Notes: a model not told the origin generated them from the sequence alone. 64,000 bases of DNA from Fibrobacterales bacterium (GCA_051532035.1 JAOPTW010000014.1:32001-96000); one strand, 5' to 3'; positions 1 to 10,480 are shown, counted from the first letter of the stretch. Numbers and translations are program-made.

Positions 1-1085
1 GTATCATTTGGTATAGCAATATGCGATTCAACCCCCCGTAAAGTATCATTGTTAATTGTCAACTCACCAGGCACATATGAGATATACAAAGAATCTTTTT
101 TAGTATTTAACTGAATGTCATGTACTATTTTTATTACGCCTACATTGTTATTTTCTAAATCCACATCATTTGTAAGAAACCTAAGTAAGTCAGATAGTTC
201 AGGTATTGAATCAAAAGAGTCTGGAACAGCAAATGGTGCATCATTAAGCCCCTTTAAACCAGGAAAAGTATTTCCCTCTTCAATTTCCCAGGTAGTCGTA
301 AAATCCCAATCACCATAGGAACTCTCTTCTTTCATTCTTTGATTTGTTAATCCGGTGCCACCAGCAGATTTTGTTTGATGCGAGAGGTCACGGTTCCAAT
401 AACTGTTACGAACACTTGAATTATATGCACGTTTAGCAATAAATCCCCCACCATCAGGAATTTGTCCTGTACTATAGCACTTTTCAATTGTGGAAGATCC
501 AGCCAAAATGCCCACAAATCCCCCACCTTCTCCCTTATAATATGCTTGGACATTAACATTTGCATAACTGTTGCTAACCTCTGAAGATACATTCACATAC
601 CCAACAAATCCACCCACAACTCTATTACCTGACACCCGCCCATTAGCCAAACTATTCCTTACAATTGATTGTTCTTCCATTTTCCCAACTAACAATCCTG
701 TAGTATCAGAGCCAGTAACGTCCCCATACAATGCAAGGCTATCAATTATAGCTCCACTTATAGAACCAAATAACCCAACATTTCGTGAAGATCTATAAAT
801 ATATAAGCCCGAAATACTGAATCCTGCCCCATTGAAATTACCAGTAAATTCACGAATAGGAATAAAACCAGATTGACCATTTTCACTCCGAGACGCTGAA
901 GCATCTATATCTGCCACTAGCCGATAATATGCATTAAGATCATTCTGAACAATCTTTAAATCTTCATAATCAGCAATCTGAAAAGGATATTCTTCTGTTC
1001 CAGCGCCATCGGGCACACCATTAACAGCAAAAACTGAGGGGGTCAAAAGGAGTATGGCGAATAAAATAGAGGTGTAATTAAGCAT
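1..1085 (-). CDS. Secreted GLUG-motif (beta-helix) surface protein, runs off the left window edge
   Basis: Not in the ORF track because it has no stop in the window. Manual translation from ATG at 1085 gives a signal peptide (MLNYTSILFAILLLTPSVFA), GAGTEEYPFQIADYEDL, FTGNFNGAGFSISGL, VGLFG/TGLLVG/VGGFVG GLUG-type motifs, SYWN...WDFTTTW, then NDAPFAVPD (Ig/cadherin-like linker). Confidence 0.8.
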   Translation of the reverse strand, partial: MLNYTSILFAILLLTPSVFAVNGVPDGAGTEEYPFQIADYEDLKIVQNDLNAYYRLVADIDASASRSENGQSGFIPIREFTGNFNGAGFSISGLYIYRSSRNVGLFGSISGAIIDSLALYGDVTGSDTTGLLVGKMEEQSIVRNSLANGRVSGNRVVGGFVGYVNVSSEVSNSYANVNVQAYYKGEGGGFVGILAGSSTIEKCYSTGQIPDGGGFIAKRAYNSSVRNSYWNRDLSHQTKSAGGTGLTNQRMKEESSYGDWDFTTTWEIEEGNTFPGLKGLNDAPFAVPDSFDSIPELSDLLRFLTNDVDLENNNVGVIKIVHDIQLNTKKDSLYISYVPGELTINNDTLRGVESHIAIPND

Positions 1086-1245
1086 TAAAGTGTCCAATTA
1101 TTTGATACAAAGGCTACCTTGCAAAGGTAATAATATTGCAAAACAACCCTTGTATGCAAACCATATATTTACACTTCCCATGTTTATTCAGCTTACAATT
1201 TGTAAGCAAAACTAACAGTCCCCCTTGTTAAGATGACTGCACAAC

Positions 1246-1277
1246 AAAAAAGGCCCAATAGCAATGCTATTGGGCCT
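1246..1277 (-). terminator. Intrinsic terminator after cyclophilin gene
   Basis: Perfect inverted repeat AGGCCCAATAGCA/TGCTATTGGGCCT followed on the minus strand by a T run. Confidence 0.85.
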
Positions 1278-1301
1278 AAAAAAATCTAGATGTACAATTT
1301 T

Positions 1302-1814
1302 TTACGAATTAGCATCAAGAATAGGATTCCACTCATCAAGACGCGCTTGTTGCGCATCAAGAACGGGTTGATACTCACCTTCGATAGTGATGGTTTTAAT
1401 AGCATCACCTTGTTCAATTGCATCAACAATTTCTTGATCAGCTTCTGAAACAACACAACCAAAAACAGTGTGTTTTCCATCAAGCCAATCAGTAGGTGTG
1501 TGTGTAATGAAAAATTGTGAACCGTTTGTTCCAGGACCAGCATTAGCCATAGAGAGTATACCTGGCTTGTCGTGACAAAGCTCAGCCTTGCACTCATCTT
1601 CAAAACGATAGCCTGGGCCACCCATTCCATTTCCATCAGGACAGCCACCCTGAATCATAAAGTCAGGTAAAACGCGATGGAACATTAAATCATTATAATA
1701 ACCACGTGTTGCGAGGTTAATAAAGTTAGCACTCGTTACTGGTGTCTCATCTGTAAACAGATTAAGATTGATAGTACCTTTGCTTGTTTCAATTACTGCT
1801 TTTATATTACTCAT
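1302..1814 (-). CDS. ppiB: Cyclophilin-type peptidyl-prolyl cis-trans isomerase
   Basis: [30 protein letters not shown] and [10 protein letters not shown] motifs; no signal peptide. Confidence 0.95.
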   Translation of the reverse strand: MSNIKAVIETSKGTINLNLFTDETPVTSANFINLATRGYYNDLMFHRVLPDFMIQGGCPDGNGMGGPGYRFEDECKAELCHDKPGILSMANAGPGTNGSQFFITHTPTDWLDGKHTVFGCVVSEADQEIVDAIEQGDAIKTITIEGEYQPVLDAQQARLDEWNPILDANS

Positions 1815-1823
1815 ATATGTTCC

Positions 1824-3056
1824 TTATGCTTTTCCAAAAATAACTGATGAATTGTGTCCACCAAAACCAAATGAATTACTAATTGCATAGTCCATTTTAT
1901 GATCAACTGGGCCATTTGCACAGCAGTCGAGTTCAATTTTTGGATCTTGATTAGTTAGATTGAGTGTTCCATGAAGTTTTTGTTCCATGAGGCTTTTCAC
2001 CGTTACCACTGCTTCAATAGCAGATGCAGCGCCGAGACCATGACCAATCATTGATTTTGTAGAGTTTACTTTTAATTGTGCAGGGTTACTGCCAAACGCT
2101 TTCATTACAGCGCCACACTCCGCCACATCACCGAGAGGAGTAGAAGTACCATGAGTATTTACATAGCCAATATCAGAAGTAGAAAGTCCTGCAGATTTTA
2201 GTCCATTTTCAAGACACATTGCTACACCCGCACCATCTTCACGAGGAGCAGACATATGATAGGCATCACAAGTAGCCGCATAACCAGAAAGACGTGCAAG
2301 AATTGTTGCACCACGGGCTTTTGCATGAGATTCAGACTCAAGTACAATTGCACCCGCACCTTCACCAATAACAAAGCCATCACGATCAACATCAAATGGA
2401 CGCGATGCCGCAGATGGGTCATCATTACGTGTAGAGAGTGCTTTCATTGAAGCAAACCCAGCAACACCAATTTCACAAACTGCTTCTTCTGAACCACCAG
2501 CAATCATAACATCTGCACGGCCAAGACGAATTTGGTCTGCTGCAGTCATTATTGCATGGTTAGACGTTGCACATGCTGAAGCTGTTGACCAGTTTGGCCC
2601 CATCCATCCAAGACGAATTCCCACTTCACCAGCAGCCATGTTTGTAATAGCCATAGGTACAAAGAAGGGAGACACTCTCCGTGGGCCCTTATTAATATTA
2701 GCTACTGAGCTCGATTGATAAATTTCCATACCGCCCATGCCTGACCCAAGTATGACGCCAGCACGCGTTTTATCAACGGCATCTCTCGCAAGTCCAGCCA
2801 TTTCTATTGCTTTTTCAACAGTATGTACCTGATACATGATATTACGACTTGTTCTTTTAGCGTCGCGTTCAGAAAAATAGGGCGATGCATCAAACTTTTT
2901 TACTTCACCTGCAAATTTTACTGAGTATTTTTCAGTATCAAATCTTTCGATATTAGATATTCCAGAGTTTCCGGCTACTAAATTAGACCAGAGTTCTTCA
3001 ACCTCGTTACCAAGCGAAGAAACAACGCCTAATCCGGTAATAACAACTTCTTCCAT
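1824..3056 (-). CDS. fabF: Beta-ketoacyl-ACP synthase II
   Basis: SACATS catalytic Cys, HGTST, KSMIGH and SNSFGFGGHN. Confidence 0.95.
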   Translation of the reverse strand: MEEVVITGLGVVSSLGNEVEELWSNLVAGNSGISNIERFDTEKYSVKFAGEVKKFDASPYFSERDAKRTSRNIMYQVHTVEKAIEMAGLARDAVDKTRAGVILGSGMGGMEIYQSSSVANINKGPRRVSPFFVPMAITNMAAGEVGIRLGWMGPNWSTASACATSNHAIMTAADQIRLGRADVMIAGGSEEAVCEIGVAGFASMKALSTRNDDPSAASRPFDVDRDGFVIGEGAGAIVLESESHAKARGATILARLSGYAATCDAYHMSAPREDGAGVAMCLENGLKSAGLSTSDIGYVNTHGTSTPLGDVAECGAVMKAFGSNPAQLKVNSTKSMIGHGLGAASAIEAVVTVKSLMEQKLHGTLNLTNQDPKIELDCCANGPVDHKMDYAISNSFGFGGHNSSVIFGKA

Positions 3057-3136
3057 TCAGTCACTCCATTTATGACAACAAATAATGGCTAAATTTACTA
3101 ATTTTCCCTGCATATTCTACTGATTTTAGATACTTA

Positions 3137-3688
3137 ATGGATAAAAAAACCAACCTTGTCTGGATGGACCTTGAGATGTCAGGCTTAGAGCCTGAGACTG
3201 ATTGTATCATCGAGATAGCAACTATTATTACGGATCACAACCTCTATCCAATAGAGGAAGGTCCGGTTATTGCAATCCACCAACCTGAGTCGGTTATTAA
3301 AGGAATGGACGCATGGAACACCAAACACCATGGTGAATCCGGACTCATAGAGCGCGTTCGAAGAAGCGCCTTTTCGCTCAAAGATGCCGAAATTAAAACC
3401 CTCGAATTTGTTAAAAAACATACTGATGTGAATACCAATCCACTCTGTGGGAACTCAATTGGACAAGATCGTCGATTTTTATACAAATATATGCCGAAAT
3501 TGAGTGAGCATCTTCATTATCGAAATCTTGATGTGTCGACACTCAAAGAGCTTGCTGCCCGATGGTATCCACGACTCCCTAAATTTGAGAAACTCGAGAA
3601 ACATCAAGCACTCTCTGATATAAAAGAGAGCATTGAAGAGCTCAAATATTACCGGAAAACTATCCTGAAGGACCCCAAAAAAGTATGA
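3137..3688 (+). CDS. orn: Oligoribonuclease
   Basis: [35 protein letters not shown] and H.AL.DI.ESI.ELKYY DEDDh motifs. Confidence 0.95.
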   Translation: MDKKTNLVWMDLEMSGLEPETDCIIEIATIITDHNLYPIEEGPVIAIHQPESVIKGMDAWNTKHHGESGLIERVRRSAFSLKDAEIKTLEFVKKHTDVNTNPLCGNSIGQDRRFLYKYMPKLSEHLHYRNLDVSTLKELAARWYPRLPKFEKLEKHQALSDIKESIEELKYYRKTILKDPKKV

Positions 3689-5058
3689 GTAATTTCCGCA
3701 ATTACGATTACGGAGGCTCTTACAAAAAACATTCTACCTCAAGAAGGCGCCCTATAATTAGGGGGCTTATTGGTGTTGTTGCTGTTGCTCTTATTTATAA
3801 TTTTATATTCTCACCATCTTCCTCAGAAGAAGATGGTGAGAATAACACCGTTACAAACACTGTTCCTTCGAATGAAATAGACAACAAAAATTCTCCCACT
3901 CTCACTCCTGTTACAGAGCCCCAACAGAAGAAACCCTCAAATGAGGTTGCTACTGTTACCCCACTATCTACAAAAAAGGTGTCATCACCCCAAAAAGATA
4001 CTGAAATATTTTTAGACTCTGATATGGATATGGAGCATTACTACTCCTTACAAAAAGATTCATCACTTGCTGCAATGATTAAAATCCGATTAAATCGGCA
4101 CAAACCAACCGGAGCCTTTATTCTGTTGGTCGATGGTAAATCGAATGAGGTACTTGCATGGGGTGAACGAAAAGACTCGTTGCTCTCTGTCATCCCCGAT
4201 TTTATTTCTCGCGCCACTTTCCCTGCAGCATCGCTCAGTAAAATCGTCACCGCAGCCGCTGCACTCGAATCAAAAAAATATTCAAACGCATCACAACTCC
4301 CACAAATTGGTAGAACAGTTACGCTCTATCGCAGACAGGTCAACCCTCCCAAAAACTATTCAGGTCATACCGTATCATTGGAAAAAGCATTTTCACTCTC
4401 TATGAACCCTGCGTTTGCAGTATTGGGAGCACGAGTAGGCGCAAAACGTATGCATACAGCCGCAGAAAAGCTTGGATTTAACACAACCTTCCCCAACAAC
4501 ATACCTCATCGATCAGAGTTTCTCCAAATAGATTCAGGATATGCACTTAAAGAAGCTGCTTCGGGTTTTACCGAACTTAATACGATATCACCTCTCCAAG
4601 CAGCCGGCATTGCTCGTTCTGTACTCTATGGCAAACCTTTTGAACTTCCTTGGTCTAAAGAACTCGCTGGTTATATTCACCACAAGCCTATTGACCTCAA
4701 ATTTCCTACATTCTCTGACGAAACATATGCGGGCCTCCGCAAAATGTTTAACCGAACAACCAAAGCAGGCACCGCACGCACCGCAATGCGAAAACATGTT
4801 TACCGTTCTAATCAACGGAAATACATAACTGGTGGCAAGACAGGCTCTCTTGATGGCAGCAACCCTGCAGGACGCTATGACTGGTTTTTAGGTTGGGCAT
4901 ATAATAAAGATGATATTGATGATGCTGTAATCATGGTAGTGATGCAGTATCACGGAGAGTACCGCAGTCTGAAATCTTCTGACATGGCGGGACTAATGGT
5001 TAACTACTGGGAACGTTATATTTCCCGCAACAAAGATATTGAGGTAGCACAACAATGA
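3685..5058 (+). CDS. Membrane-anchored penicillin-binding transpeptidase-domain protein
   Basis: One N-terminal TM segment, S/T/P-rich linker, then SxxK (ASLSK), SxN (SMN) and KTG (GKTGS). No transglycosylase or obvious dimerisation domain. Confidence 0.85.
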   Translation: MSNFRNYDYGGSYKKHSTSRRRPIIRGLIGVVAVALIYNFIFSPSSSEEDGENNTVTNTVPSNEIDNKNSPTLTPVTEPQQKKPSNEVATVTPLSTKKVSSPQKDTEIFLDSDMDMEHYYSLQKDSSLAAMIKIRLNRHKPTGAFILLVDGKSNEVLAWGERKDSLLSVIPDFISRATFPAASLSKIVTAAAALESKKYSNASQLPQIGRTVTLYRRQVNPPKNYSGHTVSLEKAFSLSMNPAFAVLGARVGAKRMHTAAEKLGFNTTFPNNIPHRSEFLQIDSGYALKEAASGFTELNTISPLQAAGIARSVLYGKPFELPWSKELAGYIHHKPIDLKFPTFSDETYAGLRKMFNRTTKAGTARTAMRKHVYRSNQRKYITGGKTGSLDGSNPAGRYDWFLGWAYNKDDIDDAVIMVVMQYHGEYRSLKSSDMAGLMVNYWERYISRNKDIEVAQQ

Positions 5059-5939
5059 ACGAACAAGCACTCAGCTGGTGGAACAAATTCCCCTTAACAT
5101 TTGACGGTACTCTAATTGACATAGGGATTCCCATAAAATATTATGGCCTGATGTATATTTTTGCATTTGCAACCTCTTACACTCTTTTAAAATATTTAAA
5201 TAAAAAAGAACGTCAAGGCTTTACTCCAGAGCAACTCGAAGGCATTGCAACCTGGACCATCGGTGGTGTTCTTGTTGGTGCACGTCTTGGATATGTACTG
5301 TTCTACAACTTCTCTTACTATCTTAAAAACCCTCTCGATATTATCGCCCCCGTTGCCTGGGATGGAAACTCATTTGCAGAACTTTTTGAAGCCTCTCTCT
5401 GGACCTTCAAAGGAATTTCTGGCATGTCTTATCATGGCGGCCTTATTGGCGCAATACTCTTTGGTGTATATTACATGCGCCGTGAAAAGATTGATGTTTC
5501 TAAACTCATGAATCTTATGTTTAGTGTAGTACCTATTGGCTACACTTGGGGCCGTATTGGTAATTACCTTAATGGTGAACTTTTTGGACGAGCAACAGAT
5601 GCTGCCATTGGTCAAGTCTTTTTGAGTGATAAAACGCAAATGGTACGTCACCCATCACAACTCTATGAAGCGTTTTTTGAAGGCTTAGCACTCTTTACAA
5701 TTATATGGTTCCTCAGAAAAACAGCATTCTTTAGAAACCATGTTATCTCAATCTACATCTTTGGCTATGGCTTCTTTAGATTCTTTATTGAGTATTTTAG
5801 AGAACCCGATGCACACATTGGACTCAACCTTCTGGGTCTCTCACGTGGACAACTCCTTTGTATAGGAATGATGCTCTTCTCTATTGGTCTTTGGTACTAC
5901 AGAGAAAAAATTCTTCCTAATCAAACGGCAAAGAAATAA
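5055..5939 (+). CDS. lgt: Prolipoprotein diacylglyceryl transferase
   Basis: YYGLMY, GARLGYVLFY, GMSYHGG, GRIGNYLNGELFGR, RHPSQLYE and RFFIEYFREPD. Confidence 0.97.
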   Translation: MNEQALSWWNKFPLTFDGTLIDIGIPIKYYGLMYIFAFATSYTLLKYLNKKERQGFTPEQLEGIATWTIGGVLVGARLGYVLFYNFSYYLKNPLDIIAPVAWDGNSFAELFEASLWTFKGISGMSYHGGLIGAILFGVYYMRREKIDVSKLMNLMFSVVPIGYTWGRIGNYLNGELFGRATDAAIGQVFLSDKTQMVRHPSQLYEAFFEGLALFTIIWFLRKTAFFRNHVISIYIFGYGFFRFFIEYFREPDAHIGLNLLGLSRGQLLCIGMMLFSIGLWYYREKILPNQTAKK

Positions 5940-5942
5940 CCA

Positions 5943-6749
5943 ATGACACAACGAGTGTTGGTAACCGGCGCCTCTTCGGGTGTCGGACTTGCTACCGCTA
6001 ATCTCCTTACAACTCAAGGTTTCGAAGTCATTGGCACCTGTCGTTCGTTCGAACGCTTTTCTACTCAAAATACATCATACTCTTTTACCATGCTTGAGCT
6101 TGACCTCAGCAGGCAAGAATCAATAGACACCTTCTTATCCTCGTCAACAGTAAACATAGCTACAATCAATATCTATATCGCTAATGCGGGCATAGGAGAG
6201 GTTGGTTCTGTAGAAGATACCCCACTTCAAAGTTCACGTACTCTCTTTGAAGTAAATTACTTTGGACACGTTGCTCTTATTCAAGCGCTCCTTCCTTACT
6301 GGAGAGAACATAGAACAGGAACAATCATTGCACTTGGCTCATTGGTCACCAGGCTCCCCTTCCCTTTTAAAGCACAGTACTGTGCGAGTAAAGCAGCCTT
6401 TACCAACTTCTTACTTGCCCTTGACATGGAAGTAGTCGAATTTGGTATTCGCACTCATATACTAGAGCCCGGCTGGATACGATCTGAGTTTCATAATCGA
6501 TTATCGCCAGTGATTAATTCAGAGACTCCGTACCAAACAAAATTTGGTCCCTTTCTTGACCATAAGAAAGACCAATCAACAAAGTACCCTGATGGACAGA
6601 GTGTTGCAAAAGTTATTCATAAAATCATTGTAGAAAAACCATCACAAATCATTATTAGTGTTGGTCCAGATGCCAAATGGGTAAAGCGTTGGGTCAAGAT
6701 ACTTCCCTATCAGGTTGTTCGTTGGTTGCTACTCAAGTATATAGGATAA
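5943..6749 (+). CDS. Short-chain dehydrogenase/reductase
   Basis: TGASSGVG, NAG and YCASK (YxxxK). Confidence 0.9.
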   Translation: MTQRVLVTGASSGVGLATANLLTTQGFEVIGTCRSFERFSTQNTSYSFTMLELDLSRQESIDTFLSSSTVNIATINIYIANAGIGEVGSVEDTPLQSSRTLFEVNYFGHVALIQALLPYWREHRTGTIIALGSLVTRLPFPFKAQYCASKAAFTNFLLALDMEVVEFGIRTHILEPGWIRSEFHNRLSPVINSETPYQTKFGPFLDHKKDQSTKYPDGQSVAKVIHKIIVEKPSQIIISVGPDAKWVKRWVKILPYQVVRWLLLKYIG

Positions 6750-7115
6750 GGTAAAATCAAACAGCTCTATCCTATAATGTTTCTACCGGGCTACAATCAA
6801 CACACTATCGATATAGACAGTATACGGTGCCAAGCCAGACCGGTCTACCCAATAGTGCCACTAGTAAACGGGGTATTATCAAGCACCAATACCGCTCTGC
6901 ATGGCTTGCTCACATTCTCCATTCCCCCTCAAATTACAAGTCATTTATGATTTCTGATACAGCAAAATCTACCATCGTTACAGGTGAAGTAGATGATATA
7001 TCCCAGGGATCATTTCCTCTACTTCAGAAGGATTAGTAGATACTATCATGATCAATAATGTACTTTACAGCGCTGATCATTATAAAATGTAAATATGAAA
7101 CGATAGAGCCAAAGC

Positions 7116-7742
7116 CTACTTATAAGAATAATCAAATCGAAGTGAATTTCTTACCATCTCGAACGCTTCTCGAGAATCAAATCGTTTTTCAGTATCTGAA
7201 AGTACTATTTGAATATCAAAATCATCCCGGATAAACAGGTACTCTCTAAATTTGAGGTCCATATTTTGTATTGTTGCAGTATACTCAATCATAGCAACAT
7301 CAGTGTCGTCAATCTCTGTCACCTCTGAATCAGTAATGTCAACTCCAGAGGCCATACGAGTTACACCCTTCTTATATTCAGACAATATATCGTCCATATC
7401 ATAGGTTCCATTGTGCGTTGTAATTACCACAACAATGTTTTCTGTAAAGTCATCATTATCGCGACCCTCACCCAAACAAAAGAGCGGCGAATACACCCCA
7501 TTTAACTCTTCCTCGCCATCACAATCCCAATCCCAATCAATTTCAAAAGTAAACTCAAGCTCATCATGTTCGACAAAAGTACCTCTGTCATAATTTTCTA
7601 AATCAATATCATCAACTATTTTTTGCTCTTTTTCTGTCATACATTGATAGCCATTTGCCGGAGCACATGCCTTTTCACTCTCAAAAACACATGAGGTAAT
7701 GAGCGTAACAGCTGCGAGTAGGAGTATTTTAAATAAGTGCAT
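7116..7742 (-). CDS. Acidic lipoprotein, possibly PsbP/DUF1795-like fold
   Basis: Signal peptide ending LITSC; very acidic; alternating beta-strand pattern in the C-terminal half. The fold call is tentative. Confidence 0.6.
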   Translation of the reverse strand: MHLFKILLLAAVTLITSCVFESEKACAPANGYQCMTEKEQKIVDDIDLENYDRGTFVEHDELEFTFEIDWDWDCDGEEELNGVYSPLFCLGEGRDNDDFTENIVVVITTHNGTYDMDDILSEYKKGVTRMASGVDITDSEVTEIDDTDVAMIEYTATIQNMDLKFREYLFIRDDFDIQIVLSDTEKRFDSREAFEMVRNSLRFDYSYK

Positions 7743-7913
7743 TGGGTATCCTTTGATTCAATAGTTCAGCAAATTGAATATTCAAAAACAATAAAGGTCA
7801 ATAATATAAAACTCACTCGCAGCTGTTAATGGTTACTATCAGTAAGCACCTGTTGAGCAGTACATTTCACCTCGTGAATATGTAATACAGACTTTCACCT
7901 TTCAAATAGCCAT

Positions 7914-7948
7914 AAAAAAGCATCCCGATATACACTCAGGATGCTTTT
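7914..7948 (-). terminator. Intrinsic terminator after sialidase gene
   Basis: Minus strand AAAAGCATCCTGA...TCGGGATGCTTTTTT. Confidence 0.75.
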
Positions 7949-8025
7949 ATATTATAACTCAAAACCCTTAGAGAAGAGATAATCTATATCAACACTTGTT
8001 ACGTTATTTTTTGTATCACTTCATT

Positions 8026-10092
8026 CTAATCAAAACTTACATCAACAACCAATTCTGAATCATCGATATCAGTATTCTCATACAAATCTTGAATGTCTGA
8101 CTCACTCAACACTTTCTTATAGATTTTAATCTCATCAAGGACACCTTTAAAGTATTCACTGTACCCTGTTGATGCACCGTTGTTAGGGCGAGCGCCAAAA
8201 AGATATCCAAAGTCGGTGAGTTCAGCAAAGGAGTTGTCCTTGAACGCGCCACTGATAGTCTTTTTTAAAGCAGTATCAATATATACATCCAAATCATCGC
8301 CACTACGCACCACAGTAAACATTCTCCAATCATCACCACTACTAAAGCTCAAATCACTCGCCCCTTCGCCACCATCATTCACCAATGTCTTAACACTCGT
8401 ATTAGTTACCCTTGTCCAAAGAGCATCACGTACTGTACCCAGTGTAAAAAACCAGAAGAGTGACTGATTATCACTATTGAGCGAATGAGCCTTATACCAA
8501 AAGTTCATTGTAAATTCACCCGTAATGAGATTATTATCATTTTTTGCAATATGAAGATAACTCCCTCCATCAAGGTAGGCCCCCTTACCAAACTTACCTT
8601 CATCTACGATTTCACCAGTCCCTCCAGATTTCTGAGTATAAATATGGGCAACACTGTTACTGAGAGAGGCATCTTCAAGTGGTATCACTCTGGCGGCAAG
8701 GTCACCAACATCGAACGATTTAAAAAGAATGCCATTATGTTCAACAATCATACCTACGGTGTTATCATCCATCATCACCAAATCAGAATAGGCAGATCCA
8801 CCAGATATAAACTGCTTAGGAAAACTCCACGTCTGTCCACCATCATAACTTTCACGAACGCCTACATTATCTCGACCATCCCTTTTTAATGGCGCCGAGT
8901 AGAGGAGTCTATCACCAGCATCCAAAACAGACCCCATTACCACAGGACCCGAATACATAGAAGAATTCCACATACGCGAAACCGTCTCTCCACCATCTTT
9001 ACTGATTGATTCAGCCCGAACCATCCCAGGTCCATATTCGACATCTTGTATGCCAGTCCGTGAAACAACAAGTATATCACCATTATCAAGTTCAACAAAT
9101 TCTGATTCATTTGGATTATACACCCCATCATCCTTATGAGTGGTAAACCCTTTTACCCAGGTGATACCGTGATCATCAGAGTAGAGGCAATGCACCGTTC
9201 CTTTATTATATCCTGTTACATACCCCCAAAGAGGTACTATAAGACGTCCACGATTTGATTTTTTCAATTGAATGCCATGCCCCGGACCAGGCATGATCAA
9301 AGTAAAAGGAAGGTCACTAAGAATATGAGTAATATCTTCCTGATCTGTCCAGGTTGTCCCCTCATCATCTGAATACCTTCTATAAAGGCGCGGGTTTGAT
9401 GGCGACCCTTCACTTCCCTCATATTTACTATACAATATAACAAGGCGATTGATAACAGCATCCCACACCGGAGCAATATTTCCGGTAGGATGTACACCTT
9501 CATCACCAACGATTGTTTGACTATGCCAGGTTCTTCCACCATCATCAGAGAGTGAAATAACCGCTTCTTTATTTGCATGGTCAGACCAGTCTTCACGTTC
9601 TTCGGTTACTGCAACGAGCCTTCCAGAACTGGTCATTACAATACCAGGGATCCGATGTACTGGGCGGCTATGGTAAAAAGGATTACTTTGATTTCCACCT
9701 GGAAACTCTTTATCTGACTTACTAAATACTATGCCATCATCAGATGACTCTTCTAAAGATGATTGAGGCTCAGAAGATGAAATTTCGTCTGAAGCCAATA
9801 CGACAGATGATAAAGCAGATGATACCTCACTTGACGACAATTCTACAAGGCTACTCCTTTCTGCATCACTCGACTCTTCATCAACTGAACTCAATACTGA
9901 AGAACGTTCAATACTCATTGATGAAGAAGAAACAGTTTCAGGTGATTCCGTTTCATTCTCACTACTTGAAGATTCATCAACTCCTTCTGATGAATCACCA
10001 TCTTCAAAAGCCACTCCATCAGGCTGTTCTGAACAGTGAAAAAGAACTCCCGCTAATCCAATCAATACCACTCTATGTATATTATGTATCAT
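8026..10092 (-). CDS. GH33 exo-alpha-sialidase-family lipoprotein with Ser-rich linker and C-terminal LamG/ConA-like domain
   Basis: HRIP motif, five Asp-boxes (SDDGGRTW, SDDEGTTW, SDDHGITW, SKDGGETV, SYDGGQTW), AYSDL Tyr; LamG-type ending FKGVLDEIKIYKKVLS. Start moved from 10221 to ATG 10092 because GAGGG lies 8 nt upstream and a lipobox-like VLFHC follows. Confidence 0.85.
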   Translation of the reverse strand: MIHNIHRVVLIGLAGVLFHCSEQPDGVAFEDGDSSEGVDESSSSENETESPETVSSSSMSIERSSVLSSVDEESSDAERSSLVELSSSEVSSALSSVVLASDEISSSEPQSSLEESSDDGIVFSKSDKEFPGGNQSNPFYHSRPVHRIPGIVMTSSGRLVAVTEEREDWSDHANKEAVISLSDDGGRTWHSQTIVGDEGVHPTGNIAPVWDAVINRLVILYSKYEGSEGSPSNPRLYRRYSDDEGTTWTDQEDITHILSDLPFTLIMPGPGHGIQLKKSNRGRLIVPLWGYVTGYNKGTVHCLYSDDHGITWVKGFTTHKDDGVYNPNESEFVELDNGDILVVSRTGIQDVEYGPGMVRAESISKDGGETVSRMWNSSMYSGPVVMGSVLDAGDRLLYSAPLKRDGRDNVGVRESYDGGQTWSFPKQFISGGSAYSDLVMMDDNTVGMIVEHNGILFKSFDVGDLAARVIPLEDASLSNSVAHIYTQKSGGTGEIVDEGKFGKGAYLDGGSYLHIAKNDNNLITGEFTMNFWYKAHSLNSDNQSLFWFFTLGTVRDALWTRVTNTSVKTLVNDGGEGASDLSFSSGDDWRMFTVVRSGDDLDVYIDTALKKTISGAFKDNSFAELTDFGYLFGARPNNGASTGYSEYFKGVLDEIKIYKKVLSESDIQDLYENTDIDDSELVVDVSFD

Positions 10093-10453
10093 TCTCATAT
10101 CCCTCGTTGTGCCCTTGTGTCGTGCCTGCCTTATCCCTTCTCTAAAAATACCCCCAATCACCAACAACAAACTCAAGTCCCCCATTCTTCCCTCAATAGT
10201 TGTTGACATTTGCTGACACACAAAAAGGATAATTATAGTTGTTTTAGGATAATTTTCATAAAATAAGCACTTAGATTGACATGTGTATTATCGAAAATCA
10301 AGGATACCAGCTTCTGAAGTCCCATCCTTACTCTCTAATACCGCTATTACCTCTCGTTAACAGATACGGTAAATCAATATGGATAAAAACACATCAATTA
10401 TTTAAAAAACCACAATACCCAAACAGACTTTTAATGTAATACCAAGTTTTTCC

Positions 10454-10480
10454 TCAAGTTTTACTTTAAATTACCGATAA
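10454..10480 (+). promoter_or_regulatory. Putative sigma28 (FliA/SigD) promoter
   Basis: TCAAGTTT-N11-ACCGATAA versus consensus TAAAGTTT-N11-GCCGATAA: one mismatch per box and exact spacing. Confidence 0.7.

Noticed and set aside
115..798. Three short ORFs (115-318, 347-592, 571-798)
   Set aside because: They are antisense or off-frame shadows of the GLUG gene on the minus strand.
10093..10221. N-terminal extension of the sialidase ORF
   Set aside because: It would bury the lipoprotein signal; a better SD and start lie at 10092.
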